64,000 nt of DNA. Source: Eledone cirrhosa. Taxonomy: Eukaryota. The stretch spans positions 7,936,001 through 8,000,000 of the forward strand of contig OZ024756.1 of NCBI GenBank assembly GCA_964016885.1, written 5' to 3'. Within the stretch, counting starts at the first letter, position 1. Each line of letters begins with the position of its first letter. Below are positions 47,331 to 63,850 of this stretch, piece after piece. A program made the translations under genes and the position numbers. The notes beneath the pieces were generated by a model. It made no database searches and was not told where the DNA came from. It worked only from the letters and a program-made list of their open reading frames with translations.

Positions 47331-50300
47331 TATATATATCACACTCTCTACATTATCTAATATATAGTCTTACTATATCACAATCTCTACAGCATCTAAT
47401 CTATGGTCTTACTATATATATCTCATCTTCTACATTATCTAATCTATAGTCTTACTATATCACACTCACTACATTATCTAATCTAGATGTCTTACTATAT
47501 ATATCACAGTCTCTACGTTATCTAATCTATAGACTTACTATATATATATCACACTCTCTACATTATCTAATCTTTAGTCTTACTATATCACCCTCTCTAC
47601 ATTTTCTAATCTACAGTCTAACTATATTTCACTCTCTACATTTTCTAATCTATAGTCTTAGTATATTTATCACACTCTCTACATAATCTAATCTATAGTC
47701 TTACTATATCACATTCTCTACATTATCTAATCTATAGTCTTAATATATATCACTCTCTACATTATCTAATCTATAGTCTTACTACATATATCACACTCTC
47801 TACATTATCCAATCTATAGTCTTACTATATATATCTCACTCTCTACATTATCTAATCTACAGTCTTACTATATATATCACACTCTTTACATGATCTAATA
47901 TATAGTCTTACTATATCACAATCTCTACATCATCTAATCTATGGTCTTACTGTATATATCTCATCTTCTACATTATCTAATCTATAGTCTTACTATATCA
48001 CACAATCTACATTATCTAATCTAGATGTCTTACTATATAAATCACACTATCTACATTATCTAATCTATAGTTTTACTATATCGCACTCTCTACATTATCT
48101 AATCTATAGTCTTAATATATCACACTCTCTACATTATCTAATCTATAGTCTTACTACATATATCACACTCTCTACATTATCTATTCTATAGTCTTACTAT
48201 ATATATCACCCTCTACATTATCTAATCTCTAGTCTTACTATATATATCACAATCTCTACATTATTTATTCTATAGTCTTACTATATCACACTCTGTACAT
48301 TATCTAATCTATAGTCTTACCATATCGCACTCTCTACATTGTCTAATCTATAGGCTTACTATATGACACTCTGTACATTATCTATTCTATAGTCTTACTA
48401 TATCTCACTCTCTACATTATCTAATCTATAGTCTTACTATATCACAGTCTCTACATTATCTAATCTATAGTTTTACTATATAACACTCTTTACATTATCT
48501 AATCTAGACGTCTTACTATATATATCACACTGTCTACATTATCTAATCTATAGTTTTACTATATAACACTCTTTACATTATCTAATCTAGACCTCTTACT
48601 ATATATATCACACTCTCTACATTATCTAATCTATAGACTTACTATATATATCACACTCTCTACATTATATAATCTATAGTTTTACTATATCGCACTCTCT
48701 GCATTATCTAATCTATAGTCTTACTATATATATCACACTCTCTACATTATCTATTCTATAGTCTTACTATATATATCACACTCTCTACATTATCTAATCT
48801 ATAGTCTTACTATATATATCACCCTCTACATTATCTAATCTATAGTCTTACTACATATATCTCACTCTCTACATTATCTAATCTATAGTATTAATATATC
48901 ACACTCTCTACATTATTTATTCTATAGTCTTACTATATCACACTCTGTACATTATCTAATCTATAGTCTTACTATATCGCACTCTCTACATTGTCTAATC
49001 TATAGTCTTACTATATGACACTCTCTACATTATCTAATCTATAGTCTTACTATATCTCACTCTCTACATTATCTAATCTATAGTCTTACTATATCACAGT
49101 CTCTACATTATCTAATCTATAGTATTACTATATCACACTCTCTACATTATTTATTCTATAATCTTACTATATCACACTCTGTACATTATCTAATCTATAG
49201 TCTTACTATATCACACTCTCTACATTGTCTAATCTATAGTCTTACTATATGACACTCTCTACATTATCTAATCTATAGTCTTACTATATCTCACTCTCTA
49301 CATTACCTAATCTAGATGTCTTACTATATATATCACACTCTCTACATTATCTAATCTATAGAATTACTATATATATCACACTCTCTACATTATCTAATCT
49401 ATAGTTTTAATATATCGCACTCTCTATATTATCTAATCTATAGTCTTACTATATCACACTCTCTACAGTATCTATTCGATAGTCTTACTATATATATCAC
49501 ACTCTCTACATTATCAAATCTATAGTCTTACTATATATATCACCCTCTACATTATCTAATCTATAGTCTTACTATATATATCACACTCTCTACATTATCT
49601 AATCTATAGTTTCACTACATATATCACACTCTCTACATTATCTAATCTATCGTCTTACTATATCACGATCTCTACATCATCTAATCTATAGTCTTACTAT
49701 ATATATCTCACCCTCTATATTATTTAATCTATAGTCCCACTATATCAAACTCTTTACATTATCTAATCTATAGTCTTACTATATATATCACACTCTCTGC
49801 ATTATCTAATCTATAGGCTTACTATATATATCACACTCTCTACATTATCTAATCTATAGTCTTACTATATATATCACACTCTCTTCATTATCTAATCTAT
49901 AGTCTTACTATATCACACTCTCTACAATGTCTAATCTATAGTCTTACTATATCACACTCTCTACCTTATCTAATCTATATTCTTACTACATATATCTCAC
50001 TCTCTACATTATCTAATCTATAATCTTCATATATATATCACTCTCTCTATATTATCTGATATATAGTCTTACTATATCACGCTCTCTGCATTATCTAATC
50101 TATAGTCTTACTATATATATCACACTCTCTACATTATCTAATATATAGTCTTACTATATCACAATCTCTACAGCATCTAATCTATGGTCTTACTATATAT
50201 ATCTCATCTTCTACATTATCTAATCTATAGTCTTACTATATCACACTCACTACATTATCTAATCTAGATGTCTTACTATATATATCACAGTCTCTACGTT

Positions 50301-51890
50301 ATCTAATCTATAGACTTACTATATATATATCACACTCTCTACATTATCTAATCTTTAGTCTTACTATATCACCCTCTCTACATTTTCTAATCTACAGTCT
50401 AACTATATTTCACTCTCTACATTTTCTAATCTATAGTCTTAGTATATTTATCACACTCTCTACATAATCTAATCTATAGTCTTACTATATCACATTCTCT
50501 ACATTATCTAATCTATAGTCTTAATATATATCACTCTCTACATTATCTAATCTATAGTCTTACTACATATATCACACTCTCTACATTATCCAATCTATAG
50601 TCTTACTATATATATCTCACTCTCTACATTATCTAATCTACAGTCTTACTATATATATCACACTCTTTACATGATCTAATATATAGTCTTACTATATCAC
50701 AATCTCTACATCATCTAATCTATGGTCTTACTGTATATATCTCATCTTCTACATTATCTAATCTATAGTCTTACTATATCACACAATCTACATTATCTAA
50801 TCTAGATGTCTTACTATATAACTCACACTATCTACATTATCTAATCTATAGTTTTACTATATCGCACTCTCTACATTATCTAATCTATAGTCTTAATATA
50901 TCACACTCTCTACATTATCTAATCTATAGTCTTACTACATATATCACACTCTCTACATTATCTATTCTATAGTCTTACTATATATATCACCCTCTACATT
51001 ATCTAATCTCTAGTCTTACTATATATATCACAATCTCTACATTATTTATTCTATAGTCTTACTATATCACACTCTGTACATTATCTAATCTATAGTCTTA
51101 CCATATCGCACTCTCTACATTGTCTAATCTATAGGCTTACTATATGACACTCTGTACATTATCTATTCTATAGTCTTACTATATCTCACTCTCTACATTA
51201 TCTAATCTATAGTCTTACTATATCACAGTCTCTACATTATCTAATCTATAGTTTTACTATATAACACTCTTTACATTATCTAATCTAGACGTCTTACTAT
51301 ATATATCACACTGTCTACATTATCTAATCTATAGTTTTACTATATAACACTCTTTACATTATCTAATCTAGACCTCTTACTATATATATCACACTCTCTA
51401 CATTATCTAATCTATAGACTTACTATATATATCACACTCTCTACATTATATAATCTATAGTTTTACTATATCGCACTCTCTGCATTATCTAATCTATAGT
51501 CTTACTATATATATCACACTCTCTACATTATCTATTCTATAGTCTTACTATATATATCACACTCTCTACATTATCTAATCTATAGTCTTACTATATATAT
51601 CACCCTCTACATTATCTAATCTATAGTCTTACTACATATATCTCACTCTCTACATTATCTAATCTATAGTATTAATATATCACACTCTCTACATTATTTA
51701 TTCTATAGTCTTACTATATCACACTCTGTACATTATCTAATCTATAGTCTTACTATATCGCACTCTCTACATTGTCTAATCTATAGTCTTACTATATGAC
51801 ACTCTCTACATTATCTAATCTATAGTCTTACTATATCTCACTCTCTACATTATCTAATCTATAGTCTTACTATATCACAGTCTCTACATT
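46330..51890. repeat. Tandem duplication, 2 x 2781 bp
   Basis: ATCACGATC at 46881/49662 and AGACG at 48506/51287. The order of rare variants (GTCCCAC, CAGCATC, TCATCTTC, ACATGATC) is shared. Confidence 0.88.
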
Positions 51891-52470
51891 ATCTAATCTA
51901 TAGTTTTACTATATAACACTCTTTACATTATCTAATCTAGACCTCTTACTATATATATCACACTCTCTACATTATCTAATCTATAGACTTACTATATATA
52001 TCACACTCTCTACATTATATAATCTATAGTTTTACTATATCGCACTCTCTGCATTATCTAATCTATAGTCTTACTATATATATCACACTCTCTACATTAT
52101 CTATTCTATAGTCTTACTATATATATCACACTCTCTAAATTATCTAATCTATAGTCTTACTATATATATCACCCTCTACATTATCTAATCTATAGTCTTA
52201 CTACATATATCTCACTCTCTACATTATCTAATCTATAGTATTAATATATCACACTCTCTACATTATTTATTCTATAGTCTTACTATATCACACTCTGTAC
52301 ATTATCTAATCTATAGTCTTACTATATCGCACTCTCTACATTGTCTAATCTATAGTCTTACTATATGACACTCTCTACATTATCTAATCTATAGTCTTAC
52401 TATATCTCACTCTCTACATTATCTAATCTATAGTCTTACTATATCACAGTCTCTACATTATCTAATCTAT
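51330..52470. repeat. Tandem duplication, 2 x 569 bp
   Basis: GACCTC at 51371/51940, followed by the same monomer order. Confidence 0.8.
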
Positions 52471-52849
52471 AGTCTTACTATATCACACTCTCTACATTAT
52501 CTAATCTAGTTGTCTTACTATATATATCACACTCTCTACATTATCTAATCTATAGTTTTAATATATCGTACTCTCTACATTATCTAATCTATAGTCTTAC
52601 TATATCACACTCTCTACATTATCTAATCTATAGTCTTACTATATATATCACACTCTCTACAGTATCTATTCTATATTCTTACTATATATATCACCCTCTA
52701 CATTATGTGATCTATAGTCTTAGTACATATATCACACTCTCTACATTTTCTAATCTATAATCTTACCATATATATCTCACTCTCTACATCATCTAATCTA
52801 TAGTCTTTCTATATATATCTCACCCTCTATATTATTTAATCTATAGTCC

Positions 52850-55800
52850 CACTATATCACACTCTTTACATTATCTAATCTATAGTCTTACTATATATAT
52901 CACACTCTCTGCATTATCTAATCTATAGTCTTACTATATATATCACACTCTCTACATTATCTAATCTATAGTCTTACTATATATATCACACTCTCTTCAT
53001 TTTCTAATCTATAGTCTTACTATATCACACACTCTACAATGTCTAATCTATAGTCTTACTATATCACACTCTCTACATTATCTAATCTATATTCTTACTA
53101 CATATATCTCACTCTCTACATTATCTAATCTATAATCTTCATATATATACTCACTCACTACATTATCTAATCTATAATATTACTATATCACACTCTCTAC
53201 ATTATTTATTCTATAGTCTTACTATAGCACACTCTCTACATTATCTAATCTATAGACTTACTAAATCATCCTCTCTACATTATCTAATCTATAGTCTTAC
53301 TATATCACATTCTCTACATTATCTAATATATAGTCTTAATATATATCACTCTCTACATCATCTAATCTATAGTCTTACTATATATATCACACTCTCTATG
53401 TATCTAATATATAGTCTTACTATATCACACGCTCTGCATTATCTAATCTAAAGTCTTACTATATATATCACACTCTCTACATAATCTAATCTATAGTCTT
53501 ACTATATCACATTCTCTACATTATCTAATATATAGTCTTAATATATATCACTCTCTACATTATCTAATCTATAGTCTTACTATATATATCACACTCTCTA
53601 TATTATCTAATATATAGTCTTACTATATCACACGCTCTGCATTATCTAATCTATAGTCTTACTATATATATCACACTCTCTACATTATCTAATATATAGT
53701 CTTACTATATCACAATCTCTACAGCATCTAATCTATGGTCTTACTATATATATCTCATCTTCTACATTATCTAATCTATAGTCTTACTATATCACACTCA
53801 CTACATTATCTAATCTAGATGTCTTACTATATATATCACAGTCTCTACGTTATCTAATCTATAGACTTACTATATATATCACACTCTCTACATTATCTAA
53901 TCTATAGTTTTACTATATCGCACTCTCTACATTTTCTAATCTACAGTCTTACTATATCTCATTCTCTACATTATCTAATCTATAGTCTTAGTATATTTAT
54001 CACAATCTCTACATAATCTAATCTATAGTCTTACTATATCACATTCTTTACGTTATCTAATCTATAGTCTTAATATATATCACTCTCTACATTATCTAAT
54101 CTATATTCTTACTACATATATCACACTCTCTACATTATCTAATCTATAGTCTTACTATATATATCTCACTCTCTACATTATGTAATCTACAGTTTACTAT
54201 ATCAAACTCTCAACATTATTTATACTATAGTCTAACTATATCATACATTATATAATCTATAGTCTTACTATATATTAGCACACTCTCTACATTATCTAAT
54301 CTATAGTCTTACTATATATATCACACTCTCTACATTATCTAATATATAGTCTTACTATATCACAATCTCTACATCATCTAATCTATGGTCTTACTATATA
54401 TATCTCATCTTCTACATTACCTAATCTATAGTCTTACTATATCACACTCACTACATTATCTAATCCAGATATCTTACTATATATATCACAGTCTCTCCGT
54501 TATGTAATCTATAGACTTACTATATATATCACACTCTCTACATTATCTAATCTATAGTTTTACTATATCGCACTCTCTACATTATCTAATCTATAGTCTT
54601 ACGATATCGCACTCTCTACATTATCTAATCTATAGTCTTACTATATATATCACACTCTCTACATTATCTATTCTATAGTCTTACCATATATATCACACTC
54701 TCTACATTATCTAAACTATAGTCTTACTATATATATCACCCTCTACATTATCTAATCTATAGTCTTACTATATATATCACACTTTCTAAATTATCTAATC
54801 TATAGTGTTACTACATATATCACACTCTCTACAATATCTAATCTATAGTCTTACTATGTCACACTCTCTACATTATCTAATCTATATCCTTACTACATAT
54901 ATCACACTCTCTACATTATCTAATCTATAATCTTACTATATATATCTCACTCTCTACATTATCTAATCTATAGTATTACTATATCACACTCTGTACATTA
55001 TTTATTCTATAGTCTTACTATATCACACTCTGTACATTATCTAATCTATAGTGTTACTATATCACAGTCTCTACATTATCTAATCTATAGTCTTACTATA
55101 TATAGCACACTCTCTACATTATCTAATCTATAGTCCTACTATATATATCACACTCTCTACATTATCTAATATATAGTCTTACTATATCACACTCTTTACA
55201 TTATCTAATCTATAGTCTTACTATATATATCACACTCTCTGCATTATCTAATCTATAGTCTTATTATATATATCACACTCTCTACATTATCTAATCTATA
55301 GTCTTACTATATATATCACACTCTCTTCATTTTCTAATCTATAGTCTTACTATATCACACACTCTACAATGTCTAATCTATAGTCTTACTATATCACACT
55401 CTCTACATTATCTAATCTATATTCTTACTACATATATCTCACTCTCTACATTATCTAATCTATAATCTTCATATATATATCTCACTCACTACATTATCTA
55501 ATCTATAGTATTACTATATCACACTCTCTACATTATTTATTCTATAGTCTTACTATAGCACACTCTCTACATTATCTAATCTATAGTCTTACTAAATCAT
55601 CCTCTCTACATTATCTAATCTATAGTTTTACTATATCACATTCTCTACATTATCTAATATATAGTCTTAATATATATCACTCTCTACATTATCTAATCTA
55701 TAGTCTTACTATATATATCACACTCTCTATATTATCTAATATATAGTCTTACTATATCACACGCTCTGCATTATCTAATCTATAGTCTTACTATATATAT

Positions 55801-57400
55801 CACACTCTCTACATAATCTAATCTATAGTCTTACTATATCACATTCTCTACATTATCTAATATATAGTCTTAATATATATCACTCTCTACATTATCTAAT
55901 CTAGAGTCTTACTATATATATCACACTCTCTATATTATCTAATATATAGTCTTACTATATCACACGCTCTGCATTATCTAATCTATAGTCTTACTATATA
56001 TATCACACTCTCTACATTATCTAATATATAGTCTTACTATATCACAATCTCTACAGCATCTAATCTATGGTCTTACTATATATATCTCATCTTCTACATT
56101 ATCTAATCTATAGTCTTACTATATCACACTCACTACATTATCTAATCTAGATGTCTTACTATATATATCACAGTCTCTACGTTATCTAATCTATAGACTT
56201 ACTATATATATCAAACTCTCTACATTATCTAATCTATAGTTTTACTATATCGCACTCTCTACATTTTCTAATCTACAGTCTTACTATATCTCATTCTCTA
56301 CATTATCTAATCTATAGTCTTAGTATATTTATCACAATCTCTACATAATCTAATCTATAGTCTTACTATATCACATTCTTTACGTTATCTAATCTATAGT
56401 CTTAATATATATCACTCTCTACATTATCTAATCTATATTCTTACTACATATATCACACTCTCTACATTATCTAATCTATAGTCTTACTATATATATCTCA
56501 GTCTCTACATTATGTAATCTACAGTTTACTATATCAAACTCTCAACATTATTTATACTATAGTCTAACTATATCATACATTATATAATCTATAGTCTTAC
56601 TATATATTAGCACACTCTCTACATTATCTAATCTATAGTGTTACTATATATATCACACTCTCTACATTATCTAATATATAGTCTTACTATATCACAATCT
56701 CTACATCATCTAATCTACGGTCTTACTATATATATCTCATCTTCTACATTACCTAATCTATAGTCTTACTATATCACACTCACTACATTATCTAATCTAG
56801 ATATCTTACTATATATATCACAGTCTCTCCGTTATGTAATCTATAGACTTACTATATATATCACACTCTCTACATTATCTAATCTATAGTTTTACTATAT
56901 CGCACTCTCTACATTATCTAATCTATAGTCTTACGATATCGCACTCTCTACATTATCTAATCTATAGTCTTACTATATATATCACACTCTCTACATTATC
57001 TATTCTATAGTCTTACTATATATATCACACTCTCTACATTATCTAATCTATAGTCTTACTATATATATCACCCTCTACATTATCTAATCTATAGTCTTAC
57101 TATATATATCACACTTTCTAAATTATCTAATCTATAGTGTTACTACATATATCACACTCTCTACATTATCTAATCTATAGTATTACTATATCACACTCTC
57201 TACATTATTTATTCTATAGTCTTACTATATCACACTCTGTACATTATCTAATCTATAGTGTTACGATATCACAGTCTCTACATTATCTAATCTATAGTCT
57301 TACTATATATAGCACACTCTCTACATTATCTAATCTATAGTCTTACTATATTTATCACACTCTCTACATTATCTAATATATAGTCTTACTATATCACAAT
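52850..57400. repeat. Tandem duplication, about 2 x 2332 bp
   Basis: CTAAATCATCC at 53261/55592; deleted monomer TCATACATT at 54241/56573; ACGATATCGC at 54601/56933. Confidence 0.85.
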
Positions 57401-60400
57401 CTCTACATCATCTAATCTATAGTCTTACTATATTTATCTCACCCTCTACATTATCTAATCTATAGTCTTACTATATCACACTCTTTACATTATCTAATCT
57501 ATAGTCTTACTATATATATGACACTCTTTACATTATCTAATCTATAGTCTTACTATATATATCACCCTCTACATTATCTAATCTATAGTCTTACTATATA
57601 TATCCCACTCTCTTCATTATCTAATCTATAGTCTTACTATATCACCCTCTCTACAATATCTAATCTATAATCTTACTATATCACACTCTCTACATTATCT
57701 AATCTATATTCTTACTACATATATCACGCTCTCTACATTATCTAATTTATAATCTTACTATATATATCTCACTCTCTACATTATCTAATCTATAGTATTA
57801 CTATATCACACTCTCTACATTGTCTAATCTATAGTCTTACTATATGACACTCTCTACATTATCTAATCTATAGTCTTACTATATCTCACTCTCTACATTA
57901 TCTAGTCTATAGTCTTAATATATCACACTCTCTACATTATCTAATATAGATGTCTTACTATATATATCACACTCTCTACATTATCTAATCTATAGACTTA
58001 CTATATATATCACACTCTCTACATTATCTAATCTATAGTCTTACTATATCGCACTCTTTACATTATCTAATCTATAGTCTTACCATATCACACTCTGTAC
58101 ATTATCTAATCTATAGTCTTAATATATCACAGTCTCTACATTATCTAATCTATAGTCTTACTATATATATCACACTCTCTACATTATCTAATCTATAGTC
58201 TTACTATATCACACTCTCTACATTATTTATTCTATAGTCTTACTATAGCACACTCTCTACATTATCTAATCTATAGTCTTACTATATAAGCCTCTCTACA
58301 TTATCTAATCTACAGTCTTACTATATCTAACTCTCTACATTATCTAATCTATAGTCTTAGTATATTTATCACACTCTCTACATAATCTAATCTATAGTTT
58401 TACTATATCACATTCTCTACATTATCTAATCTATAGTCTTAATATATATCACTCTCTACATTATCTAATCTATAGTCTTACTATATATATCACACTCTCT
58501 ATATTATCTAATATATAGTCTTACTATATCACACTCTCTGCATTATCTAATCTATAGTCTTACTATATATATCACACTCTCTACATTATCTAATATATAG
58601 TCATACTATATCACAATCTCTACAGCATCTAATCTATGGTCTTACTATATATATCTCATCTTCTACATTATCTAATCTATAGTCTTACTATATCTCACTC
58701 TCTTCATTATCTAATCTGTAGTCTTAATATATTTATCACAATCTCTACATAATCTAATCTATAGTCTTACTATATCACATTCTTTACATTATCTAATCTA
58801 TAGTCTTAATATATATCACTCTCTACATTATCTAATCTATAGTCTTACTATATATATCGCACTCTCTACATTATCTAATCTACAGTTTACTATATCAAAC
58901 TCTCAACATTATTTATACTATAGTCTAACTATATCACACTCTGTACATTATATAATCTATAGTCTTACTATATATTAGCACACTCTCTACATTATCTAAT
59001 CTATAGTCTTACTATATATATCACAATCTCTACATCATGTAATCTATATTCTTACTATATATATCTTACCCTCTACATTATCTAATCTATAGTCCTACTA
59101 TATCACACTCTCTGGATTATCTAATCTATAGTTTTACCATATATATCACGCTCTACATTATCTAATCTATAGTCTTACTATATATATCACACTCTCTACA
59201 TTATCTAATCTATAGTCTTACTATATATATCACACTCTCTATATTATCTAATATATAGTCTTACTATATCACACTCTCTGCATTATCTAATCTATAGTCT
59301 TACTATATATATCACACTCTCTACATTATCTAATATATAGTCTTACTATATCACAATCTCTACATCATCTAATCTATGGTCTTACTATATATATCTCATC
59401 GTCTACATTATCTAATCTATAGTCTTACTATATCGCACTCACTACATTATCTAATCTAGATGTCTTACTATATATATCACAGTCTCTCCGTTATCTAATC
59501 TATAGACTTACTATATATATCACACTCTCTACATTATCTAATCTATAGTTTTACTATATCGCACTCTCTACATTATCTAATCTATAGTCTTACTATATCG
59601 CACTCTCTACATTATCTAATCTATAGTCTTACTATATATATCACACTCTCTAAATTATCTAATCTATAGTCTTACTATATATATCACCCTCTACATTATC
59701 TAATCTATAGTCTTACTATATATATCACACTCTCTAAATTATCTAATCTATAGTGTTACTACATATATCACACTCTCTACAATATCTAATCTATTGGCTT
59801 ACTATATCACACTCTCTACATTATATAATCTATATCCTTACTACATATATCACACTATCTACATTATCTAATCTATAATCTTACTATATATATCTCACTT
59901 TCTACATTATCTAATCTATAGTGTTACTATATCACAATCTCTACATCATCTAATCTATATTCTTACTATATATATTTTACCCTCTACATTATCTAATCTA
60001 TAGTACTACTATATCACACTCTCTGGATTATCTAATCTATAGTTTTACCATATATATCACGCTCTACATTATCTAATCTATAGTCTTACTATATCGCACT
60101 CTTTCCATTATCTAATCTATAGTCTTACCATATCACACTCTGTACATTATCTAATCTATAGTCTTAATATATCACAGTCTCTACATTATCTAATCTATAG
60201 TCTTACTATATATATCACCCTCTCTAAATTATCTAATCTATAGTGTTACTACATATATCACACTCTCTACAATATCTAATCTATAGTCTTACTATATCAC
60301 ACTCTCTACATTATATAATCTATATCCTTACTACATATATCACACTCTCTACATTATCTAATCAAATAATCTTAGTATATATATCTCACTCTCTATATTA

Positions 60401-62999
60401 TCTAATCTATAGTGTTACGATATCAGAGTCTCTACAGTATCTAATCTATAGTCTTACTATATATATCACACTCTCTACATTATCTAATCTATAGTCTTAC
60501 AATATCGCACTCATTACATTATCTAATCTATAGTCTTACCATATCACACTCTATACATTATCTAATCTATAGTCTTAATATATCACAGTCTCTACATTAT
60601 CTAATCTATAGTCTTACTATATATATCACACTCTCTACATTATCTAATCTATAGTCTTACTATATCACACTCTCTATATTATTTATTCTATAATCTTAGT
60701 ATAGCCCACTCTCTACATTATCTAATCTATAGTCTTACTGTATCTCACTCCCTACATTTTCTAATCTACAGTCTTACTATATCTCACTCTCTACATTATC
60801 TAATCTATAGTCTTAGTATATTTATCACACTCTCTACATAATCTAATCTATAGTCTTACTATATCACATTCTCTACATTATCTAATCTATAGTCTTAATA
60901 TATATCACTCTCTACATTATCTAATCTATAGTCTTACTATATATATCACACTCTCTATATTATCTAATATACAGTCTTACTATATCACACTCTCTGCATT
61001 ATCTAATCTATAGTCTTAATATTTATATCACCCTCTCTACATTATCTAATCTATAGTCTTACTATATCACACTCTCTACATTATTTATTCTATCGTCTTA
61101 CTATATCACACTCTCAACATTATTTATTCTATAGTCTAACTATATCACACTCTGTACATTATCTAATCTATAGTCTTACTATATATAGCACACTCTCTAC
61201 ATTATCTAATCTATAGTCTTAATATATATATCACACTCTCTACATTATCTAATCTATAGTTTTACTATATCGCACTCTCTACATTATCTAATCTATAGTC
61301 TTACTATATCGCACTCTCTACATTATCTAATCTATAGTCTTACTATATATATCACACTCTCTACATTAACTAATCTATAGTCTTACTATATATATCACCC
61401 TCTACATTATCTAATCTATAGTCTTACTATATATATCACACTCTCTACATTATCTAATCTATAGTCTTACTATATCGCACTCTTTACATTATCTAATCTA
61501 TAGTCTTACCATATCACACACTGTACATTATCTAATCTATAGTCTTACTATATATATCACAGTCTCTACATTATCTAATCTATAGTCTTACTATATATAT
61601 CACACTCTCTACATTATCTAATCTATAGTCTTACTATATCACACTCTCTACATTATTTATTCTATAGTCTTACTATAGCACACTCTCTACATTATCTAAT
61701 CTATAGTCTTACTATATCAGCCTCTCTACATTATCTAATCTATAGTCTTAGTGTATCTCACTCCCTACATTTTCTAATCTACAGTCTTACTATATCTCAC
61801 TCTCTACATTATCTAATCTATAGTCTTAGTATATTTATCACACTCTCTACATAATCTATCTATAGTCTTACTATATCACATTCTCTACATTATCTAATCT
61901 ATAGTCTTAATATATATCACTCTCTACATTATCTAATCTATAGTCTTACTATACATATGACACTCTCTATATATTATCTAATATATAGTCTTACTATGTC
62001 ACACTCTCTGCATTATCTAATCTATAGTCTTACTATATATATCACACTCTCTACATTATCTAATATATAGTCTTACTATATCACAATCTCTACATCATCT
62101 AATCTATGGTCTTACTATATATATCTCATCGTCTACATTATCTAATCTATAGTCTTACTATATCACACTCACTACATTATCTAATCTAGATGTCTTACTA
62201 TATATATCACAGTCTCTCCGTTATCTAATCTATAGACTTACTATATATATCACACTCTCTACATTATCTAATCTATAGTTTTACTATATGGCACTCTATA
62301 CATTATCTAATCTATAGTCTTACTATATCGCACTCTCTACATTATCTAATCTATAGTCTTACTATATATATCACACTCTCTACATTAACTAATCTATAGT
62401 CTTACTATATATATCACACTCTCTACATTATCTAATCTATAGTCTTACTATATCGCACTCTTTACATTATCTAATCTATAGTCTTACCATATCACACTCT
62501 GTACATTATCTAATCTATAGTCTTAATATATCACAGTCTCTACATTATCTAATCTATAGTCTTACTATATATATCACACTCTCTACATTATCTAATCTAT
62601 AGTCTTACTATATCACACTCTCCACATTATTTATTCTATAGTCTTACTATAGCACACTCTCTACATTATCTAATCTATAGTCTTACTATATCAGCCTCTC
62701 TACATTATTTAATCTATAGTCTTACTGTATCTCACTCCCTACATTTTCTAATCTACAGTCTTACTATATCTCACTCTCTACATTATATAATCTATATCCT
62801 TACTACATATATAACACTCTCTACATTATCTAATCTATAGTGTTACTATATCACAGTCTCTACATTATCTATTCTATAGTCTTACTATATATATCACACT
62901 CTCTACATTATCTAATCTATAGTCTTACTATATCACACTCTCTACATTATCTAATCTATCATCTTACTATATCACACTCTCAACATTATTTATTCTATA

Positions 63000-63850
63000 G
63001 TCTTACTATATCTCACTCTATACATTATCTAATCTATAGTCTTAGTATATTTATCACAATCTCTACATAATCTAATCCATAGTCTTACTATATCACATTC
63101 TTTACATTATCTAATCTATAGTCTTAATATATATCACTCTCTACATTATCTAATCTATAGTCTTACTACATCTATCACACTCTCTATATTATCTAATCTA
63201 TAGTCGTACTATATATATCGCACTCTCTACATTATCTAATCTACAGTTTACTATATCAAACTCTCAACATTATTTATACTATAGTCTAACTATATCACAC
63301 TCTGTACATTATATAATCTATAGTCTTACTATATATTAGCACACTCTCTACATTATCTAATCTATAGTCTTACTATATATATCACAATCTCTACATCATC
63401 TAATCTATATTCTTACTAAATATATCTTACCCTCTACATTATCTAATCTATAGTCCTACTATATCACACTCTCTGGATTATCTAATCTATAGTTTTACCA
63501 TATATATCACGCTCTACATTATCTAATCTGTAGTCTTACTATATATATCACACTCTCTACATTATCTAATCTATAGACTTACTATATATATCACACTCTC
63601 TATATTATCTAATATATAGTCTTACTATATCACACTCTCTGCATTATCTAATCTATAGTCTTACTATATATATCACACTCTCTACATTATCTAATATATA
63701 GTCTTACTATATCACAATCTCTACATCATCTTATCTATGGTCTTACTATATATATCTCATCTTCTACATTATCTAATCTATAGTCTTACTATATCACACT
63801 CACTACATTATCTAATCTAGATGTCTTACTATATATATCACAGTCTCTAC
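63000..63850. repeat. Diverged copy of block ~58680-59490, offset 4361 bp
   Basis: ATCAAACTCTCAAC at 58894/63255 and TCTGGATT at 59111/63472. Confidence 0.75.

Noticed and set aside
57137-57340. 67-aa ORF with SHSLHYLIYSLTI repeats
   Set aside because: It is the one stop-free + frame of consecutive 39-bp monomers. It begins at a GTG variant and ends after a 43-bp frameshifting unit, with no gene context.
60243-60494. 83-aa ORF
   Set aside because: Same satellite translation artefact.
62840-63070. 76-aa ORF
   Set aside because: Same satellite translation artefact.
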